A stretch of DNA of 64,000 bases, taken from the NCBI GenBank assembly GCA_017451485.1, contig JAFTOG010000046.1:3630-67629 (forward strand), written 5' to 3'. The stretch is from Clostridia bacterium (GTDB lineage Bacteria; Bacillota; Clostridia; Oscillospirales; CAG-272). Under the pieces are notes generated by a model. It was given only the letters and a program-made list of their open reading frames with translations, was not told where the DNA came from and did no database searches. The translations under genes and the position numbers were made by a program. Below, piece by piece: positions 1 to 9,956 of the stretch (the first letter of the stretch is position 1; each line of letters opens with the position of its first letter).

Positions 1-2671
1 AGGAAGTGGAATCAACGGAAGCAATGTTGAGATAAAGAGCTACACCTCCGACTATGTACTCCCATCATATATGAGCCTTGGCTCATATAATTATACCGTG
101 CAGACAAGTGATACGGTATATGAGGGACAGGGAGACAATTATTCTATGTGCTATTACTCATATACAGGCACAGGAACGGAGCTAAAGGGAAATCTCGGCA
201 GCTATTCCTCCGATGAGGCATTGTACAGGGACCATGTATACAGCACATATCTTGAGATAGACAGTGAAACAAGAGCATATATTGACAATGTGATACAGGA
301 GCAGGGCATATCAGCCTCCGATCCCGATGTAATCACAAAGGTGGCAGAGTATATAAGAGGCTCTGCAGAATACAATTTAGAATATGATAAGGCACTTGAT
401 TCAGAGGAAAACAAGGTCATTGCCTTTCTTGAAACATATAAGGAAGGAATTTGTCAGCATTATGCCTCTGCAGGCGTGCTTATGTACCGAGCTCTCGGTA
501 TTCCTGCAAGATATACAGTGGGATACTGTGTGGATGCAAAAACAGGAGAGTGGGTAGAGGTCAGTGCTATGCAGGCTCACGCTTGGGTTGAGATCTACAT
601 TGACGAGGTGGGTTGGATAGCTGTTGATGTAACAGGCTCAGACTCTGACGGAGACCTTCCCGGTGGTGGCTCAGGCGACGGATCGGGCAGTGGCTCAGGT
701 GATGGTTCAGGTAGTGGCTCAGGTGGTGGCTCAGGCGACGGTTCGGGCAGTGGCTCAGGTGATGGATCAGGTGACGGTTCAGGCAGTGGCTCAGGTGATG
801 GATCAGGTGACGGATCGGGCAGTGGCTCAGGTGACGGTTCAGGCAGTGGCTCAGGTGACGGATCAGGCAGTGGATCGGGTGATGGATCAGGCAGTGGATC
901 AGGTAGTGGATCGGGCAGTGGATCAGGAAGTGGATCGGGCAGTGGATCAGGCAGTGGCTCAGGCAGTGGATCGGGCAGTGGATCAGGCAGTGCAGGAAAC
1001 TCCTCAGAGTCCAATATTTCAGGCCCTCCCTCCGATATGGAACCAACAACCGTCGCTCGGGTAAAGGCTAAGCATACAGGTGTTGTATATCTTCGAGGAG
1101 CAAGTTCAGGAGACTATACTGGAAAGGGCTGGAGCTCTGCTATCGCATACAACAGATTGCTTGCCGACACCTACAGTGCTAATTATCTTACATCTATCGC
1201 AATTAAAAACAGTGGCTTAAAAAGTGTACTTATGGAAATAAAAACCGAGAACAGCTCTCTGTATTTGCTTCCATATTATACCTCGGCTGAGATGTTTGAT
1301 TACGATATACAGACAAACGATGTTATATACAGTGGCACATCAACAGAATATTCTCTTTATTATCTCGTTTATAGCGGAGATGGAAGTGACATTACAGGTA
1401 TGCTTGGAGATTATTCGGATGATGAGCTTGCATACAGAGAATTTGTATATTCACATTATCTTACAGTAGACGATGAGACAAGAGCCTATATGAACGATGT
1501 TATATCTGCAAATGGCTTTAGCTCTGATGATCCGGAAATTGTAAGTAAAATTACTGAGTATATTAAGGGCTCTGCAGAGTACGATCTTGAATATGACAGA
1601 AATCTTGACAAGGAGAGTAATATAGTAATAGCATTCCTTGACAGATACAAGGTAGGCATTTGTCAGCACTACGCTTCCGCCGGAGTGCTTATGTTCCGTT
1701 CACTCGGTATTCCGGCAAGATATACAACTGGATTTGTATGTAATGCAGAGGAGAATGAGTGGGTTGATGTAACCACAAAGGAGGCTCACGCCTGGGTTGA
1801 AATATATATTGACGGAATAGGATGGATGCCCGTCGATGTTACAGGAGGCTCAGGAGGTGCAGGAGGTGGAGGCTCCACCGGAAACAATCCTAACGGAATT
1901 AAGAAATCAATACGCCCCGATAATGTGTCCAAAAAATATGATGGCACACCCTTAGTGGCACAGAACACCATTGTAGGTATAAATGATCTTTTAGATGATG
2001 GATATACATACGAAGCTGTTGTAAGGGGAGAAAGAACACTGGCTGGAAAGAGCAATAGCTATATCGAAAGCTTTACCCTTTATGATTCGGATGGCAATGA
2101 TGTTACAGATCAGTATAATTTCCAATATACAGTGGGAACAGTTCATGTGTATATTGAGGAGCTCTATATTACCACAGGCTCAGCTACAGAACTGTATAAC
2201 GGCACAGCAATAACATCTGAGGAGTGTTCATATACCGGCAATCTCTTGTACGGGCATACAGTAACAAAGCTGGAGACCAAGGGATCGATTGTCAATGTTG
2301 GAACAGTAGCCAATACATATGATATTGAAATCAAGGATGCAAGTGGCAATGATGTGACCGATTATTATAAGTTAAATAACACATACGGTCGTATTACCGT
2401 AACACCGAGAACATTGCACATTGTAGCAAATTCCGATACAAAGGAGTATGACGGTACACCTCTTACAAACTCCGGTTATACACTTTCAGGTTCTGTAGCA
2501 CGGGGAGATGTTATAGTGGTAATCATAGAGGGCACGCAGACCAAGGTTGGTAAGAGTGCCAACACCGTTACTGATATAGAAATAAATAACGCACAGGGTA
2601 ATGATGTTACCGGAAACTATATTATCACATTTGAAAACGGAGAGCTTTTTGTAGCTCCGAGGATTTTATAA
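1..2671 (+). CDS. 5'-truncated multi-transglutaminase-like domain protein (two TG domains, Gly/Ser linker, three C-terminal YDG/MBG-like repeats)
   Basis: Frame is open from position 2, so the true start lies upstream of the window. Two copies of GICQHYASAG...AHAWVEIYID.GW..VDVT (Cys-His-Asp triad). About 110-aa GS linker. C-terminal repeats such as KKYDGTPL...GNDVTD.Y. Confidence 0.88.
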   Translation, partial: GSGINGSNVEIKSYTSDYVLPSYMSLGSYNYTVQTSDTVYEGQGDNYSMCYYSYTGTGTELKGNLGSYSSDEALYRDHVYSTYLEIDSETRAYIDNVIQEQGISASDPDVITKVAEYIRGSAEYNLEYDKALDSEENKVIAFLETYKEGICQHYASAGVLMYRALGIPARYTVGYCVDAKTGEWVEVSAMQAHAWVEIYIDEVGWIAVDVTGSDSDGDLPGGGSGDGSGSGSGDGSGSGSGGGSGDGSGSGSGDGSGDGSGSGSGDGSGDGSGSGSGDGSGSGSGDGSGSGSGDGSGSGSGSGSGSGSGSGSGSGSGSGSGSGSGSGSGSAGNSSESNISGPPSDMEPTTVARVKAKHTGVVYLRGASSGDYTGKGWSSAIAYNRLLADTYSANYLTSIAIKNSGLKSVLMEIKTENSSLYLLPYYTSAEMFDYDIQTNDVIYSGTSTEYSLYYLVYSGDGSDITGMLGDYSDDELAYREFVYSHYLTVDDETRAYMNDVISANGFSSDDPEIVSKITEYIKGSAEYDLEYDRNLDKESNIVIAFLDRYKVGICQHYASAGVLMFRSLGIPARYTTGFVCNAEENEWVDVTTKEAHAWVEIYIDGIGWMPVDVTGGSGGAGGGGSTGNNPNGIKKSIRPDNVSKKYDGTPLVAQNTIVGINDLLDDGYTYEAVVRGERTLAGKSNSYIESFTLYDSDGNDVTDQYNFQYTVGTVHVYIEELYITTGSATELYNGTAITSEECSYTGNLLYGHTVTKLETKGSIVNVGTVANTYDIEIKDASGNDVTDYYKLNNTYGRITVTPRTLHIVANSDTKEYDGTPLTNSGYTLSGSVARGDVIVVIIEGTQTKVGKSANTVTDIEINNAQGNDVTGNYIITFENGELFVAPRIL
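661..993 (+). repeat. Tandem 12-bp-based repeat encoding a (GS/GD)n linker
   Basis: Iterated ggatcaggcagt / ggctcaggtgac-type units, translating as GSGDGSGSGS... Confidence 0.95.
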
Positions 2672-2687
2672 GAAAGGTTAGGACAGT

Positions 2688-5600
2688 ATGCAATACGATA
2701 AATATTACAAACGGATATCTGTTATTGCTAATATTTTCAAAACGATCAAGCATTTTCGTGCATTGATCATCTCTGTCGTGTCTGTAATTATTGCCTTAAC
2801 CTCGGGCTACCTCGGTACTCAGGGTATTGTATATGATAGCGAGGAGTGTCCGGCATCATTCGAATACGGAGCAGAATTTACATACGAGGCAAATGCTCTT
2901 TTCCAGGATGTAGTATACGAGTTCTCATCGGATAAGGATTTTACAACTGTTTTAGAGGAAATGCCCAGATTCCCGGGAGAATACTATGTAAGAGCAGTTT
3001 CAACATCCTCCTTTGGTAATCCACGGTACGGAGATACTCACGCATTTACAATCCTGCCCAAAAAACTGGATGTAAAGGTAAAGCAGCAGAGCATTTTGTA
3101 CGGTGATACACCATCGGTAACGGCAAGCCTTATAGAAGGGGATGAAATATACTGCACCGATTATATCTATGAGGATATATCCCAGGTCAGCACTACTATA
3201 CAGCCGGTAAAGGATTCCATAATCATTACCGACTCAGAGGGCAACGATATTACATGGGCGTATGATGTTAACCCCGTAACAAGTACAATAGACCTTACTA
3301 CAAGAGAAATAACCGTAACGGTAGGGGATGCGTCCGATATATATGATGCCTTGCCATTTATGTATGATGGATATGAGCTTAGCGGAGGCACACTCGCCTA
3401 CGGCAATACAGATAAATCCGACAAGCTTATTGCTACCTTCAAGGATTCCATCACCAATGTTGGTGAAATAAAAAATATCCCTTCTTTCTGTGTTGTAAAT
3501 GCAGAGGGAAAGGATGTATCAGCACACTATAACATAAGGGTGAGAGAGGGTACGCTGACTGTAAATAAGCGACCTGTACAGATTAATATCGGAAATGCTG
3601 AATTTGAATACGACGGAGCAGAGCATAAATATACCGATTTTGAAATAGACAGCACAACTCAGGTGGTAGAGGGTCATACCGTTACCGTTTCCGAAAGTGT
3701 TGGTATAACAGATAGTGGAAGTGCCACAAATATAATCGGCTTCATTATCACCGACAGCGAGGGAAATGATGTAACCTCAAACTACTCGATATTCCTGACA
3801 GAGGCTACTATTACAGTAACTCCGAGAAAAATCACTGTTGCGACAGGAAACGGCGAGTGGGTATATGACGGTGCTCAGCATGAAAACAAGGAATACGAAA
3901 TAGTATCCGAAACAGGACTCGTGGAGGGAGATTCCTCCCATATTACAACCAATACCGTAGTTAAGGATGCAAACGGTGACGGTGTTGCAAATGAAATTGT
4001 CCTGAGCATAAAGAAATCAGATAACACAGATAACACAAAAAATTACGAAATAACATACGAAAAGGGTAATCTTAAGGTAAATAAGAAGCCTATAAGCATT
4101 TCTACCGAGGATCATATATTTGAGTATAACGGAGATGAAAACAGCTGGGAGATATATGCTATCTCTGCTGATACTCCTCTTGTCAATGGACATTCCTCCT
4201 CCGTAAATACAAAGACCTCAGTAAAAAATGTAAGTCAGGGACAGATTGACAACACAATCACCCTTACGATAAAGGACGGAGCAGATACAGATGTTACGGC
4301 GAACTATGAGATAAGTACAATAAGCCTGGGTAAGCTTTCTGTAGCTCCAAGACCAATTACAGTTACTCCGGTCAGCTGTGAAAAAATTTATGACGGCACT
4401 CCACTTATCGGTAACGGTATTACTGTTGATAACATAGTGCCGGGCCATGTGGGAGGTGCCACAGTCCTCGGCTCTCAGACAAATGTAGGTGTGGCAGTAT
4501 CCACAGTTGATTCAGCTACATTTACCGTAGCTAAGGGTGAGGAATCCATAGATACCTCCAACTATCAGATTACCTATATGCCCGGTATACTTACTGTAAC
4601 CAAGCGTGATGTAAATATTATCACATCGGATGCAAGCTGGGTATATGACGGTGCACCACATTTTTCAAATGACCACGAGATATCAACCGATACACCTCTT
4701 GTAGAGGGTCATACAACCGTAGTAACTGCCAATATCTCTGTTACAACTGTATCGGAGGGAGTGGTGGAAAACACTCTTACAATAGATATACTGGACAGCA
4801 ATGAAAACAATGTTACAGAAAACTATGAGATATCCTACGAATACGGAGGCCTTACAATAAACCCAAGACCGGTAACAGTCATTTCCCGGGATAAGAGCTG
4901 GGTATATGATGGGGCATCTCATCAATGGACAGGACACGATGTATCTACCGATACACCGTTGGTTGACGGACATTATACAGAAGCACTTACAGGTGTGGAG
5001 ATTGTAAATGTATTGGACGGACCGAAGGATAATGATATTACAGTGGCTATTAAGAATGACCTCGGTATTGATATGACGGAGAATTACATCATATCATATA
5101 CCCCGGGCACCCTTACTGTAACCCCAAGACCTGTAAAGATTATTACTGACAGCAAGAGCTGGATGTATGATACAAGCTCTCATTTATGGAGTGGACACAC
5201 AGTATCATCCGAGACTCCGTTAGTAAGTGGACATGTAACATCAGCATCCTCCAAGGCATCTGTTTCCACAGTTGGAGAGGGAGAGGTTGACAATATCCTT
5301 GAGATAAGCATTTTCAGTGGAAATACAAATGTAACCTCAAACTATGATATAACATATGAATGTGGAAAGCTCAGTATCTATCCCCGTCCTATTACTGTTA
5401 CAACAGGTACAGCAAGCTGGACCTATGATGGAGAGGTACATAGCTTTACGGAGCATACAGTTAGCTGTAGCTACGGACTTATAACATCTCATTGCTCCGA
5501 GGTGTCCACCTTTACAGAGATTGTAAATACCTGGGATGGACCAACGGATAATATACTTACCGTTATTATGAAGGATGCAGACGGTAGCGATATTACAGAA

Positions 5601-8600
5601 AACTATGCTATTACATATAATTACGGTACTCTCAACATTACTCCAAGACCTGTTACGATAATAACAAGTAACAATAGCTGGACCTATGACGGAGAGGCAC
5701 ACAGCAGTCCGGAGCATTATGTACACGGGGATACTCCCCTTGTGGAGGGACACACAACAGAGGCGACAGACTGTACGGAAATAACAAATGTATGGGATGG
5801 CCCTGCCTCCAATATTCTTGCTGTAAAGATAAAGAATGCAGACGGCGAGAATATGACAGATAACTATTCCATAGCTTATGAGTACGGCATTCTCACCGTT
5901 GATCCAAGACCGGTCACAATAGTAACAGAGGATAATAATTGGATCTATGATGGAGAGATACACAGCTGGACCGGTCATAAGGTGTCGGAGCATACTCCTC
6001 TTGTAGTCGGACATCATACTGAGGTTACAAGCTCCACATTTGTTACAAATGTATGGGATAGTGGATTTAACTATTTGACAGTGGAGATTAAGGACAGTGC
6101 AAACAGCGATATGACGCCTAACTATATCATATCGTATGAATACGGCACCCTGACCATTGAACCAAGACCCATAACCGTTGTAACATATAGTGCTGTATGG
6201 ATATATGACGGAATAGCTCATTCAAATATAGGACACCATGTATCCGAGAATACTCCACTTGTATCAGGTCATACAACACAGGCAAGCGGATGGGCTACAA
6301 TTACAGATGTCCTTGATGGACCGAAGGATAATACAGCCACAATAACAGTTTTGGATTCCGGAGAAAACGATATAACGGAAAACTACAACATCAGTTTAGA
6401 TTGTGGAACCCTTACTATTATTCCTAAGCCCATACACATAATCACAGGGGAATATAGCTGGGTATATGACGGTGAGGAGCACTTCTGTACAAATCACACG
6501 GTTGACCCGTCTACTCCTCTGGTAAGCGGTCATACAACATCAGTAAATGAATATGCTGTTATTACAAATGTATCCGAGGGACCTAAGGACAATGCCCTTG
6601 ACATACTTATAATAGAAGAATTGACAGGAGCTGACAAGACCTCCAACTATGATATCATGTATACGGAGGGTAAGCTCACAGTAACAAGGCGTCCTATTAC
6701 AGTTCTTACAGGTAGCAACAGGTGGGAATATGACGGTGAAGCACATTCCGAAAGGAGTGGAGAGGTAACCTCTGAGCTTAAGCTTGTTGACGGACATAGA
6801 CTCAGTGCCGAGGAATGGACAGAGATAACCGATGTAGGAACATGTGAAAATGTACTTGTATTAAAGGTTGTGGATGATAATTATGATTATACCAATAACT
6901 ACGATATAAGCTATGTAAACGGACAGCTTGAAATCTACAGAAGAGAAATAAATGTTATAGCAGATTACGGAAGCAAGGAGTATGACGGCACACCCCTTAC
7001 AGCTCCCGGAGTTACTACAGAAAGATTGCTTCCCATTCATAATCTTACAGCTACAACATCAGGCTCGCAGACCAACGCAGGTGTCTCGCCCAATGTGGTA
7101 GTGCCGGGAAGTGTGGTAATAACCGATGCTCAGGGTAATGATGTAAGTGGAAATTACAGTGTTACTTTTGTTGATAACTGGCTTCAGGTATTCCCAAGAA
7201 GAATTACAATAACCTCAGCCGATGACACAAAGGAATATGACGGAACTCCTCTTATAAACAGCAATCACACAGCGTCTGAAAATGCAATGGTGCTTGACCA
7301 CACATATACAGTTTCCGTTGTAGGCACAGGCACAAATGCAGGACTTTATATAAACACTATTGTCAAATCAAGCTTTAAGGTCGTTGACGGACAGGGAAAT
7401 GATGTTACATACAACTATGCTCCTTCATATGTGCAGGGAAATCTTGAAATTACACCGATTCCCATAACAATCACTACGGGTAGTGCACAAAAGCTTTATG
7501 ACGGTACGCCACTTACATGTGATGAGCACAGTATAACATCTGAAAAGACACTTCTGATAGGACATACATATACCGTAACTGTTGACGGTACAATGACGAG
7601 AAGTGGTCATTCTCCCAACACAGTAGATATTCCGTCTCTTGCCATTACCGATGCTCAAGGACATAATATGAATATGAACTATGATGTAACCTATGAGTTC
7701 GGTGATCTGTTTGTCGTGCCATATGCTATCATAAAGGTAGAAACAGGCTCGGCTGAAAAGGAATATGATGGTGATCCCCTTACCAATGACCAAGCAACCT
7801 GGACAGTTATAGAAGGAGCATTCTGTGAAGGTCACGGAATAGCGTCAATAACTGCTACCGGTACAATTACCGACCCCGGAATAGTTGATAACACTTATGA
7901 AATAATTATTACCGACGGAGATGGTAATGATGTCAGTGCTTACTATATGGTAGAGCATCGTCTTGGCAGCCTTGTAGTTATAGGCGATAATCAAGGTGGT
8001 GGTTCCGGTGGAGGAGGCTCCGGTGATGAAGGAGGTTCCGGTGGTGAAGGTGGCTCCGGTGGTGAAGGTGGCTCCGGTGGAGGCTCTCCTGATATTGACG
8101 ATTCAGGAAATATCGGTGGCTCTGATTCGGATTCCTCCGGTGGAGAAGATGATCCTGTTCTTACCATTGAAATCAAGTCAAGCGTTTCCGGAGTGGTATA
8201 TCTTAAATATAAATCATCTAAGGATTATACCGGCACAAATTGGGAGCTTGGTACTCCGTATCATAACCTTCTTGATGATAAGTATAGCTATGACTATCTT
8301 GCAGGCATAGCAATTCAATCATCCGGAGTTGATTCAGCAACAGCTCTTATCAAACTACACGGAACACAGTATTTCTTACCCTGCTATTATGCTTACGGAG
8401 ATTATAACTATAATATCCAAACAAGTGATGTAAAGAATGTTGGTGATATTATGGATATGACAGTAGCTTATTATCCGTATTCAGGCTATGGAAATGATCT
8501 TACAGGTAATCTTGGCGACTATTCCGACGAGGAGCTCGCATACAGAGAATTTGTATATGCAAATTATCTCTCTATTGATGCCGAAACAGAGGCATACCTG

Positions 8601-9809
8601 CTGTCTATAATTGCAGAGCAGGGCTTTGATGCTGATGATGAGGATATAATTTCATTGGTGGAGGCATATATTGAAGCATCAGCCACCTATAATTTGGATT
8701 ATGATACTGCCATGAACGACGAAAGCAATATGGTAGTTGCCTTCCTTGATACATATAAGGAGGGCGTATGCCGACACTTTGCTTCCTCAGCTACACTTAT
8801 GTACCGTGCTCTCGGAATCCCGGCAAGATATGTTGAGGGATATGTGGGAGCAACAACAGAGGGTGAGTGGACTGAAATATATAACACAAATGCCCATGCC
8901 TGGACAGAGGTATATATTGACGGTATAGGCTGGGTAGTAGTTGACTGTACACCCTCTGCAAATGGAGAAGGTGGCTCCGGGGATGGCTCGGGCGAGAATG
9001 ATGAGAAGATTCATCTTGAGCTTACTCCCGTAGAGGTAAGCAAGGGATATGACGGAACACCTCTTTATGCATCAAATGAAGTAAAGGTTCCCTTTGATTC
9101 AGTTATAGAGCAGCTTTTGAACGATGGCTATACCTATGAGGCTGTAATTACAGGAAGCCGGACGGAAATAGGTGAGAGCCCAAGCGTAATAGAATCATTT
9201 ATTCTTCGTGATCCCGATGGAAACGATGTAACTGATGATTTTGAGCTCATATTCCACGAGGGTGTTGTCAAGGTTACAAAGACACAGATAGTAATTACGC
9301 TTTACAGCATGCAGAAGTATTACGACGGTACTCCTCTGTCATACGGCTCAGGTGATTACTATATCAGCAGCATCCCCGACGGGCTAAGAGTAGAATTTGA
9401 GCTTTCAGGAAGCCTTACTGAGGTTGGAGAACTTTCTATGGAATATCTTGAGGAGCTTCCCATAGCTGTTTATGGTAGTGATGGTAATGATGTAACCGAT
9501 AACTACTATATTAAATTTGAGGGCGACCTGTTAAGAGTCGACCGAAACAGAATAACCATCAGATCAGCATCCGAGACCAAAAAGTATGATGGAACTCCTC
9601 TTACCAATGAGTCCGTTATACTGAGTAAGGGTAACCTTGTTGAGGGCCACACTCTTGTAGCTATCGCAACAGGAACTATTACTGTGGCAGGCTCAACGGA
9701 GAATGTAATTCTTGAAGAGAATGTTGCAATACTCGATGCAGAAGGAAACGATGTTACAGCCAATTATGAAATAGAGACCATATTCGGTGAACTGACAGTC
9801 CTTAACTGA
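2688..9809 (+). CDS. 2373-aa membrane-anchored surface protein: N-terminal TM helix, ~18-19 YDG/MBG-like repeats, Gly linker, transglutaminase-like domain, three further repeats
   Basis: Hydrophobic stretch ALIISVVSVIIALTSGYLG. Repeated PRP.T..T....YDG....G.D.T.NY.I.Y..G.LT units of ~87 aa. TG motifs GVCRHFASSA and AHAWTEVYIDGIGWVVVDCT. Confidence 0.88.
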   Translation: MQYDKYYKRISVIANIFKTIKHFRALIISVVSVIIALTSGYLGTQGIVYDSEECPASFEYGAEFTYEANALFQDVVYEFSSDKDFTTVLEEMPRFPGEYYVRAVSTSSFGNPRYGDTHAFTILPKKLDVKVKQQSILYGDTPSVTASLIEGDEIYCTDYIYEDISQVSTTIQPVKDSIIITDSEGNDITWAYDVNPVTSTIDLTTREITVTVGDASDIYDALPFMYDGYELSGGTLAYGNTDKSDKLIATFKDSITNVGEIKNIPSFCVVNAEGKDVSAHYNIRVREGTLTVNKRPVQINIGNAEFEYDGAEHKYTDFEIDSTTQVVEGHTVTVSESVGITDSGSATNIIGFIITDSEGNDVTSNYSIFLTEATITVTPRKITVATGNGEWVYDGAQHENKEYEIVSETGLVEGDSSHITTNTVVKDANGDGVANEIVLSIKKSDNTDNTKNYEITYEKGNLKVNKKPISISTEDHIFEYNGDENSWEIYAISADTPLVNGHSSSVNTKTSVKNVSQGQIDNTITLTIKDGADTDVTANYEISTISLGKLSVAPRPITVTPVSCEKIYDGTPLIGNGITVDNIVPGHVGGATVLGSQTNVGVAVSTVDSATFTVAKGEESIDTSNYQITYMPGILTVTKRDVNIITSDASWVYDGAPHFSNDHEISTDTPLVEGHTTVVTANISVTTVSEGVVENTLTIDILDSNENNVTENYEISYEYGGLTINPRPVTVISRDKSWVYDGASHQWTGHDVSTDTPLVDGHYTEALTGVEIVNVLDGPKDNDITVAIKNDLGIDMTENYIISYTPGTLTVTPRPVKIITDSKSWMYDTSSHLWSGHTVSSETPLVSGHVTSASSKASVSTVGEGEVDNILEISIFSGNTNVTSNYDITYECGKLSIYPRPITVTTGTASWTYDGEVHSFTEHTVSCSYGLITSHCSEVSTFTEIVNTWDGPTDNILTVIMKDADGSDITENYAITYNYGTLNITPRPVTIITSNNSWTYDGEAHSSPEHYVHGDTPLVEGHTTEATDCTEITNVWDGPASNILAVKIKNADGENMTDNYSIAYEYGILTVDPRPVTIVTEDNNWIYDGEIHSWTGHKVSEHTPLVVGHHTEVTSSTFVTNVWDSGFNYLTVEIKDSANSDMTPNYIISYEYGTLTIEPRPITVVTYSAVWIYDGIAHSNIGHHVSENTPLVSGHTTQASGWATITDVLDGPKDNTATITVLDSGENDITENYNISLDCGTLTIIPKPIHIITGEYSWVYDGEEHFCTNHTVDPSTPLVSGHTTSVNEYAVITNVSEGPKDNALDILIIEELTGADKTSNYDIMYTEGKLTVTRRPITVLTGSNRWEYDGEAHSERSGEVTSELKLVDGHRLSAEEWTEITDVGTCENVLVLKVVDDNYDYTNNYDISYVNGQLEIYRREINVIADYGSKEYDGTPLTAPGVTTERLLPIHNLTATTSGSQTNAGVSPNVVVPGSVVITDAQGNDVSGNYSVTFVDNWLQVFPRRITITSADDTKEYDGTPLINSNHTASENAMVLDHTYTVSVVGTGTNAGLYINTIVKSSFKVVDGQGNDVTYNYAPSYVQGNLEITPIPITITTGSAQKLYDGTPLTCDEHSITSEKTLLIGHTYTVTVDGTMTRSGHSPNTVDIPSLAITDAQGHNMNMNYDVTYEFGDLFVVPYAIIKVETGSAEKEYDGDPLTNDQATWTVIEGAFCEGHGIASITATGTITDPGIVDNTYEIIITDGDGNDVSAYYMVEHRLGSLVVIGDNQGGGSGGGGSGDEGGSGGEGGSGGEGGSGGGSPDIDDSGNIGGSDSDSSGGEDDPVLTIEIKSSVSGVVYLKYKSSKDYTGTNWELGTPYHNLLDDKYSYDYLAGIAIQSSGVDSATALIKLHGTQYFLPCYYAYGDYNYNIQTSDVKNVGDIMDMTVAYYPYSGYGNDLTGNLGDYSDEELAYREFVYANYLSIDAETEAYLLSIIAEQGFDADDEDIISLVEAYIEASATYNLDYDTAMNDESNMVVAFLDTYKEGVCRHFASSATLMYRALGIPARYVEGYVGATTEGEWTEIYNTNAHAWTEVYIDGIGWVVVDCTPSANGEGGSGDGSGENDEKIHLELTPVEVSKGYDGTPLYASNEVKVPFDSVIEQLLNDGYTYEAVITGSRTEIGESPSVIESFILRDPDGNDVTDDFELIFHEGVVKVTKTQIVITLYSMQKYYDGTPLSYGSGDYYISSIPDGLRVEFELSGSLTEVGELSMEYLEELPIAVYGSDGNDVTDNYYIKFEGDLLRVDRNRITIRSASETKKYDGTPLTNESVILSKGNLVEGHTLVAIATGTITVAGSTENVILEENVAILDAEGNDVTANYEIETIFGELTVLN
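7996..8085 (+). repeat. Gly-rich linker repeat (GGSGGE)n
   Basis: 18-bp units of the type ggtggctccggtggtgaa. Confidence 0.85.
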
Positions 9810-9818
9810 TAAATAAAC

Positions 9819-9860
9819 AACGCTTATGATATGTGGATTCCATATGTCATAAGCGTTTTT
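9819..9860 (+). terminator. Intrinsic terminator after the TG-repeat genes
   Basis: aacgcttatgatatgtgg-att-ccatatgtcataagcgtt followed by a T run. Confidence 0.85.
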
Positions 9861-9904
9861 ATATTCAATGGCACAAAGGTCTTATTAACGGTACAATTGA
9901 TATC

Positions 9905-9933
9905 TTGAAAAAATATATTATATATGTTATACT
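9905..9933 (+). promoter_or_regulatory. Sigma-A promoter of the WYL gene
   Basis: TTGAAA-17 bp-TATACT with extended -10 TG; RBS AGGAGG before ATG 9957. Confidence 0.65.
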
Positions 9934-9956
9934 GATTATAACAGGAGGTGGACGCA

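Noticed and set aside
567-1064. Alternative-frame ORFs (His/Cys-rich, PDPLP-rich, VAQAVD-rich)
   Set aside because: Shadows of the GS-linker tandem repeat within the TG gene.
5337-6221. 294-aa antisense ORF in the repeat stalk, and similar long antisense ORFs elsewhere
   Set aside because: Explained by codon bias of the sense genes; no RBS or recognisable motifs.
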